Shown here: piece by piece, positions 56,264-64,000 of the stretch
Numbering within the stretch: position 1 is the stretch's first letter
How the letters are laid out: every line of letters begins with the position of its first letter
NCBI GenBank assembly: GCA_964016885.1
Contig: OZ024765.1
Span: forward strand, 18,662,001 to 18,726,000
Origin: Eledone cirrhosa
Lineage: Eukaryota
Direction of reading: 5' to 3'
Length of the DNA: 64,000 bases
Notes under the pieces: generated by a model
What the model was told of the DNA's origin: nothing
Databases searched by the model: none
Seen by the model: the letters and a program-made list of their open reading frames with translations, nothing else
Program-made: the position numbers and the translations under genes

Positions 56264-57321
56264 CGCAGGCAACATCTCGTCATAGAGTGGCCATAAACAT
56301 ATACAGCGTTGTATACACCCGATCACTTAGCTTGGGAGACGAAGAGATTTACCCTCAATTATAAATTAGCATTTTATCTAACTCTCAAGAGGAAGAAAAG
56401 TAATTTAGATCTGAGAGGGTTACGAACTCAGAACGCACAAAACCGGAACGAATATTGCAACTGATATAGACTGAGTGTCTAGGTAATACAATACTGCCTA
56501 TTGGCCCATTTTATGGAAAGAAAAATACTGTAAACGCTTATAGAATCATCGTCCCATTTTTAGTGACGTTGTAATATGGCATGCTAGATACGTCCGGTCT
56601 GTCGCGTTTGATTTGTGCTAAAATCAATTACACTAGTTAGAAAAATGTCGACAAGATTATAATGAATTAAAGCCTTGTACGGTTAGACAGAACTGCGTTG
56701 AGTATGACGAATTTAACAGCAGGACAATATGGTGCTATTCCCCGTTAATAGAAATTATTTAACGAAAGCAATTATCTAGGAATATCTCGGGCGTATTACA
56801 CGGAAATAGAAGTAAATTACATCGCTATGAGTGAAAGCGTTCTATTTTTTAAAACCATTTTTCACATCTATAAATCACTCGGTAGAAACACGAGAGAGGC
56901 TACGAGTTATAATTAAAATTGAAAAACCGGTGTGTTGGTTACATTGTTATCCACTTGTGAACAGGTATTTTGTGGCTAACTATAAACCTCAGAGTATAAA
57001 CATTTATTATTATTAACCAAACGAAATGATACTTTAAACGTTAGGGTTGATGTTGTACCCAAAATGACGCCACGTAGTAAAACTTCTACCTGGAAAATTA
57101 CAAGAGAGAAATAAAAGCATGTGTAAATTATAAATGGTTGACGTAAACACACTGGAACTAGCAAAAGCCACCAGCATCGGGTTGGCGTTTCGTAATATAC
57201 AACAACAAATATAATTGCATTAGGATTTCAGTTTCGGAGATATTCTCTTCAAAGTATTACACCGCGGTGCTTACCTACGTGGATACAAACGCACGAAGGT
57301 AGTTACTTACTACCTACCTAC

Positions 57322-57370
<49 letters not shown>

Positions 57371-57410
57371 AAGCATTAAAACAATCAAATCTTAGTTTAA
57401 TACATTTATT

Positions 57411-57457
57411 TGCTGACAATTGTTTCTTCCAAATGGTTGCCTGGCCTCATCGCAGCA
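57411..57457 (-). ncRNA. Degenerate hammerhead
   Basis: UGCU-GCGAUGA..GAAA-CAAUUG-UC-AGCA-AAUAAA; core mutated. Confidence 0.5.
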
Positions 57458-57659
57458 TAGGGATTGTGTAAACAGCTGATTAAAATCCTAGTCTTCATTT
57501 AGGTAGATACATAAGTATGGTTAGTGTCCTAGACATATATATATATATATAATAATAATAATAAATTTGAAGACTAAAATCCAAAGAGGGCTCGATAAGG
57601 ATAAATATATATCAAATGTATAAGAACCGTAGAGCAAATATTTATTGAAATTTATTTTA

Positions 57660-57750
<91 letters not shown>

Positions 57751-57876
57751 TATTATTTCTTCATAAGAGCCTTTCTTCTTATAGCTTGGTCTAATTGATT
57801 TTTTATATGGTTAATTATGCTAATTGGGAGAGGAAATGGTATATATTTTATCTAATAATTATTAGGACATGATTTA

Positions 57877-57996
<120 letters not shown>

Positions 57997-58010
57997 GAAA
58001 GGTATATATA

Positions 58011-58411
58011 TATATTAGATATTGATTCATCAATGAAAATAATAAGAGCAAAGTGGAGTTATTTCACCAATTCATATCATTCTCTTGTGATCGTTTTGGA
58101 GGGTTGAGCATCTTGACATATTGTCTGATCTATACCAGTTATATAACTGTATACTATCTGACTTCATATATAGGTTAGATGAAACCGTCTTTTAAGGAGA
58201 CAATATTCGGAAACAATCATTGTTTCCGAAGAAGACTGTCTTGCCGAACCTATATATGAAGTCTGATAGTATACAGTTATATAACTGCTATAGATCAGTC
58301 CATATGTAAATGTGATCAACCCTCCGAAACGATCCTAAAACAATGATATGAATAGGTAAAATAACTCAACTTTGTTGTTATTATTTTCATTGTTTAATTA
58401 ATATCTAATAT
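58011..58411. mobile_element. Old diverged fold-back (~190-bp arms)
   Basis: Inverted arms centred ~58217 (ttcggaaacaa tca ttgtttccgaa); no clear ribozyme core. Confidence 0.75.
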
Positions 58412-58544
58412 CTGACTCTGTATCTAAGGAATTAACTCGGCGGAACATGAACCCTTTCTATGGATTTCACTGAATTACTCGCCACTAGATTACATTGAGT
58501 TCTATCTATGGTACGGACCCTACCACCAAGGGTAGAACACACTG

Positions 58545-58591
<47 letters not shown>

Positions 58592-59435
58592 TATCCATAA
58601 TTGGTTTCATATCTCATGCAAAATATTTCGTTATACAAACATTACCCTCTTATATGCAACAAACAGGAATACTCATATATAAATACATGCATTCACATAA
58701 CATGTGTATCTATGTATGATATGCGAGTATGTTATATATATATATAGAGAGAGAGAGAGGAGGAAAACAGGGGGGGGGTAGATCGATATATATGTATATG
58801 TCTCATACATACGCACAAATACAGACATACATGCATACACACATGACACGAGCGACACGTCTACATACCGGTACTAGGAGGCACAGTATTTAAACGAAAG
58901 ATGGTGACATGTTCGTGTTAAAAACGAAAACAAAATCTAAAAGGAAGATAAAAAACTTCACCTCATCTCCAGACAAAAAACATGAATATTGAATTCTCAT
59001 TGCCATCGATCTCGTTTCATTCGACGTTTCGGTCAACTAGAAATAAATTATTGATGAATGCTTTCTTATCCTTTGTCTTGGAGTAAATCTCATAAATGGG
59101 ATCTCCAGATCAAAGCTGGAAGAAGAATATTTACGTAGATAAGGGACGAGGAGTGAAAATAATTGATTTTTGTTTTATTTTCATTTTATTTTCATTTTAT
59201 TTTCATTTTATTTTCATTTTATTTTATTCTTATCTTTTGAAGTTCAAGAGAATGGCAGAAATGATATAGAATTCTTTAGTATATGATAAATGCCAATTCT
59301 ATCTAGAATGAAACAATATATGATGTCTTTGACTCCTCAGGGGCGTTGCATTTTATATCATTATTTTAGTATTATTGTTTCTAAATGAAACTGTCTCGAT
59401 ATTATATTATATTATATATCATATTATATGATATC

Positions 59436-59467
<32 letters not shown>

Positions 59468-59598
59468 ATCTTGTGTGTTGGCGTGCATCCATATTGAAGA
59501 CGTTTTCATCTCCATTCTCCTTCCTTCTAAGATTCGTGTTCAATATGTTGCAAGTGAAAGATAAGGTGTAAATATATTCTGATTAATTATATATATAA

Positions 59599-59664
<66 letters not shown>

Positions 59665-59820
59665 GCATTATACATTTAGTCTGTTATTTTAATAAATATA
59701 TATATATATATATATGTATCTATGTATATATATATATATATATATTATTACACATATATAATATATATATATATATACTATTACACACATATATATATAC
59801 ATATATACATATATATATAC

Positions 59821-59933
59821 ATTTCGTTTCTGAATTTGTTTAGCAAGATTCTTTATCTCAAAACGTGTGTTGAAACCGATATTGTTATGCTTTGGGAGGG
59901 TCATGTTTCCAATAACCAATCAAAATTTATATA

Positions 59934-59966
<33 letters not shown>

Positions 59967-59973
59967 GCATATA

Positions 59974-60006
<33 letters not shown>

Positions 60007-60201
60007 GCATATATATATATATTCATATATGTATATATATATATATGCATATATATATATATACATATATGTATATATATGCATATATATAAATATACAT
60101 ATATGTATATATATATGCATATATATAAATATACATATATGTATATATATATATGCATATATATAAATATACATATATGTATATATAAATGAATATATAT
60201 G

Positions 60202-60252
<51 letters not shown>

Positions 60253-60765
60253 ATACTTGGGGAGGATCATATTGTTGTAATAATATTGCTAGAAATAATA
60301 CAGAAGACACTCACTGTTTGGTTGGTTTTCTCTTCTGTATCTTTTATATCTCCACAGATGATTCATTCGGTCCTCAATGTTTATCATTAACTGACCAACG
60401 GTCAAATATACAGATATAATATAGATATAAACACATATATATAGTCTAACAAAGTTCTTTCGTTGCACATTTGCAACATCGTCACTGGTGCTATTATGTT
60501 CCTCTTGTTGTATTTATATCTACGCCATCGTTAATATATTATATTTGTATTTTTCACCGTTGGTCAGTCAATGGTAACATTGAAGACCAAATGAATTAAT
60601 TGTGGACACATAAAAGATACAGAAGCGAAAACCAACCAAACAGTGAGTGTTCTACTGTTATTATTTCTGGCAATATTACAACAATATGACCCTCCCCAAG
60701 TATAACAATATTTGTTTCGACACGCGATTTCATATAAAAAACCTCGCAAAACGAATTCATCGCCG

Positions 60766-60770
<5 letters not shown>
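59821..60770. mobile_element. Family-B end (59821-59927) and B2 fold-back (60247-60770) with degenerate hammerhead at ~60447-60490
   Basis: Shared terminus ..atattgttatactt(t/g)gggagg(g/a)tcat; diverged inverted arms. Confidence 0.75.
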
Positions 60771-60836
<66 letters not shown>

Positions 60837-60879
60837 GGTATACATATCTATGTATATATGTATATATATATATATGTAT

Positions 60880-60937
<58 letters not shown>

Positions 60938-60939
<2 letters not shown>

Positions 60940-61116
60940 ACAAAGGAATTGTGGTAAGGAACCAGTTGGACCATAACGCACCAGAGTACTCAAAAATTAG
61001 GGTAGTAGAGTGGGAAATAGGAAAAAGTATGACCCCGACGGCAGAGCTTAAGCCGTTTCGACGGCTATTTCTGGACCAGAAACAGCTTCAGCTCTGCCGT
61101 CGGGGTCATACTTTTT

Positions 61117-61120
<4 letters not shown>
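60938..61120 (-). mobile_element. Family-A fold-back element
   Basis: Tail plus partial palindrome. Confidence 0.85.
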
Positions 61121-61161
<41 letters not shown>

Positions 61162-61230
61162 GTATAGTACACATATATATATTATAAAATAACAGGAGGC
61201 TGGACTGGTGTAATTCCTTAAAGGTTTATT

Positions 61231-61288
61231 ATACTATGAACATTTCAATGACCGGGTTCAGTATGAATCCGGTTACATCATCAGGTAT
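61231..61288 (-). ncRNA. Minimal hammerhead ribozyme, long stem II
   Basis: AUAC-CUGAUGA-U GUAACCGGAUUCA UAC UGAACCCGGUCAU U-GAAA-UGUUCA-UA-GUAU-AAUAAA. Confidence 0.85.
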
Positions 61289-61906
61289 TCGAAAGTTAAC
61301 AAAGGAGTATGATCCATGGAGCTGAAAAGGCAGAGAGACAAGAAGGCGGCCTCACATTTAGCAGTTTCTAGTCCGGTCGGCCTTATACATATATATATAT
61401 ATATATAGTTATGTAATAAACAACATAAGGCAATTATTCCATTTACCAGTGGTTTCTTAAAAGCAAAAAATGTTGCTTTCAATCCTCAGAATGAAAAAAT
61501 CCTGGTCTGTTTATTGAATTTGGATTTTAAAACTTTTCCGACAGAATTACTTCATTCATACATATATATATATACAATATATTAAATAAATGGAAACGAT
61601 ATTTATAAAACCATAATTATTTTATTATATATATTTCAAGGGCAACCGAGGCAGTTTTGGTGCGCTTCCATCAGCTAAAATACAAAATTTGTTTTATAAA
61701 TGTTGACATACCCGTAGAAAAACAACCTTCACGGTTGAAGGTTCGCAGGATAGTGGGAAAAAATGTTTATCGAGGGTAATTAAAAGTTCTGTGTGAGTTT
61801 ACAAATATTAATGTATTGAATATTTACTCCAGTAAATTGTTGAGTGCTTTATATCAGTTCTAAAACTTTTAAGCTTGTTGAATCCCAACAAATTAAATAT
61901 AACTTC

Positions 61907-61978
<72 letters not shown>

Positions 61979-62004
61979 TGTATGTATGTATGTATGTATG
62001 TATG

Positions 62005-62090
<86 letters not shown>

Positions 62091-62094
<4 letters not shown>

Positions 62095-62289
62095 AACGAG
62101 TAGGACCCCGACGGCTGAGCTCAAGCCGTTTCGACTGCTAATTCTGGATTCGAGTCCAGAATTAGCCGTCGTAACGGCTTGAGCTCAGCCGTCGGGGTCC
62201 TACTCGTTCCTATTATCCACTCTACTACCCTAAGTATTGAGTACTTTGGTGCGTTATGGTCCACCTGGTTCCTTACCACATTTCCTTCG

Positions 62290-62291
<2 letters not shown>
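62091..62291 (+). mobile_element. Family-A fold-back element
   Basis: Palindrome plus tail. Confidence 0.85.
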
Positions 62292-62328
<37 letters not shown>

Positions 62329-62399
62329 TATATAAAAAGGAACGATCGACTGTCGTCAAATCGGACCGAGGAAACAATGTTTCTGTTGGTCTTTCCAAT

Positions 62400-62528
62400 T
62401 GCTAATACTATCTATCGGTCGCAACTCCAGGTAGAAGGAGCAACGTGAAATAAAGTGACGTGCTCAAGGACATAACGCATCGCCTGGTCTAGGAATCGAA
62501 CTCACAACCTCACCATTGCAAATCCAAT
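62400..62528 (-). mobile_element. tRNA-derived CORE-like SINE fragment
   Basis: B-box GAGTTCGATTCC followed by TGTCCTTGAGCA..CACTTT. Confidence 0.6.
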
Positions 62529-63620
62529 TCATATGTATATATATATAATATATAGCTTTTCGCTAAGGCTTTATTTTCTAACTTTCCTACTTTGTTTTCT
62601 ACATTCTCTTGTGTGTTCTACCATTCTTTACCTTTAAAGCTATATATATATATATACATACGAAAGGAGCTGTGTGGTTACTAAAAACAAGGTTTAGATG
62701 GTGGTTAGGACGGAACAGGCGAGAGAGGAAGAAAGAAGTTCCCATCGATATATAGTTATTCACATATTATCAACACACATACATGAAAGTATTCACATTC
62801 CTAGCATTTACCTACTACTTTACTTTACCAATAATATCCCGTCGTCATTTTAGGAATTTATTAAACAAATTATCGTCTCCATTACGTAAACGACCGAGTG
62901 CGGTATTTGTTTAAATTCAAAACGAATTCCAAAAAACAGTGTCTGAAAGACTGATGACAAATAAAATGGATGAGATGTGTTTGACAAATAACTATCAAAA
63001 CTGTGGCAGAGTTTGTCAGATATTTGACGTCTATCAAATTAGATCTTTCGGTATTATAGTTGGTATTTACTCTACTGAAATTCATGTTTGCATGTGTATA
63101 TATACACACATACACACACATACACATATATACAGATGTATAGACATACACACGCACATATGCATATTTATACGTGTTGGTGTGCCGTGGTGGGGTGTCT
63201 GTGTGGATTGATTACAAACAAATTTGTATTAGAATGTTTATCTTGAAACATATTTTTAATCTTCCTTTCGTTAAATTTGGTATCAGCTTGTTTGCGTGTG
63301 TTTATTTTTGTATGAGTGTGGATGTACATATACATGTGTATGTTTAAGTGTGTATACATATATATATATATACGTATATATTTAGAAACATGCACCAAAG
63401 CACGTCGACTAACACGGACACAGAGGCAGACTAACACATCTAAACACACACAAATATATATATATACATGTGTGTATATATATATAGTGTATATACATAT
63501 ATATACGTTCGTGAATAACTATATATTTACGTTCCATGTGTGTGCATATGTATATATATATTTATGTATATAGTATAAAATATATATATATTATATATAT
63601 ATATATATATATGTTTATAC

Positions 63621-63673
<53 letters not shown>

Positions 63674-63681
63674 TATAAATA

Positions 63682-63789
<108 letters not shown>

Positions 63790-64000
63790 TGGGGAGAAGG
63801 AGAGAGAGAGATAAATGCTCATAAACATGTAAGTTTGGTTTTATGTATGCATATACATATATACATATATATTACTTGCAGAAATACTTTAGAGGAAGTT
63901 GTCTTTACGTATTCGTGTGGTTTTCTTTATTGGTTGTGCTTTGTTCAACAATTTACTGCAGACTGTTTTAGTTTTTCTTTTTATTTCTTCTAACAGCCTC

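Overview
AT-rich, microsatellite-saturated eukaryotic DNA, probably intronic or intergenic. The SINE repertoire resembles an octopod cephalopod, which is an inference. No intact protein-coding gene is visible: almost all listed ORFs are translations of (TA)n, (TG)n, (CAA)n or (GGT)n repeats. The main hidden signal is about 24 hand-folded minimal type-I hammerhead ribozyme motifs with intact cores (CUGANGA...GAAA-palindromic loop 3-UH, closed by stem I), plus several degenerate ones. They belong to roughly ten unrelated short element families that sit inside (TA)n tracts and are often arranged as fold-back palindromes. This matches Penelope-like (PLE) pseudo-LTR/retrozyme biology, but at striking density and diversity. 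One family appears to fold back exactly at ribozyme stem II. Also present: tRNA-derived SINEs (two expanded into 72-bp and 96-bp satellites), a ~600-bp RTE-derived non-autonomous element (6 copies/pieces), RTE, CR1-like and CRE LINE fragments (several with internal tandem amplification, one with a twin-priming inversion), a candidate 9-nt microexon and a 200-N gap. All folds and alignments were done by eye.
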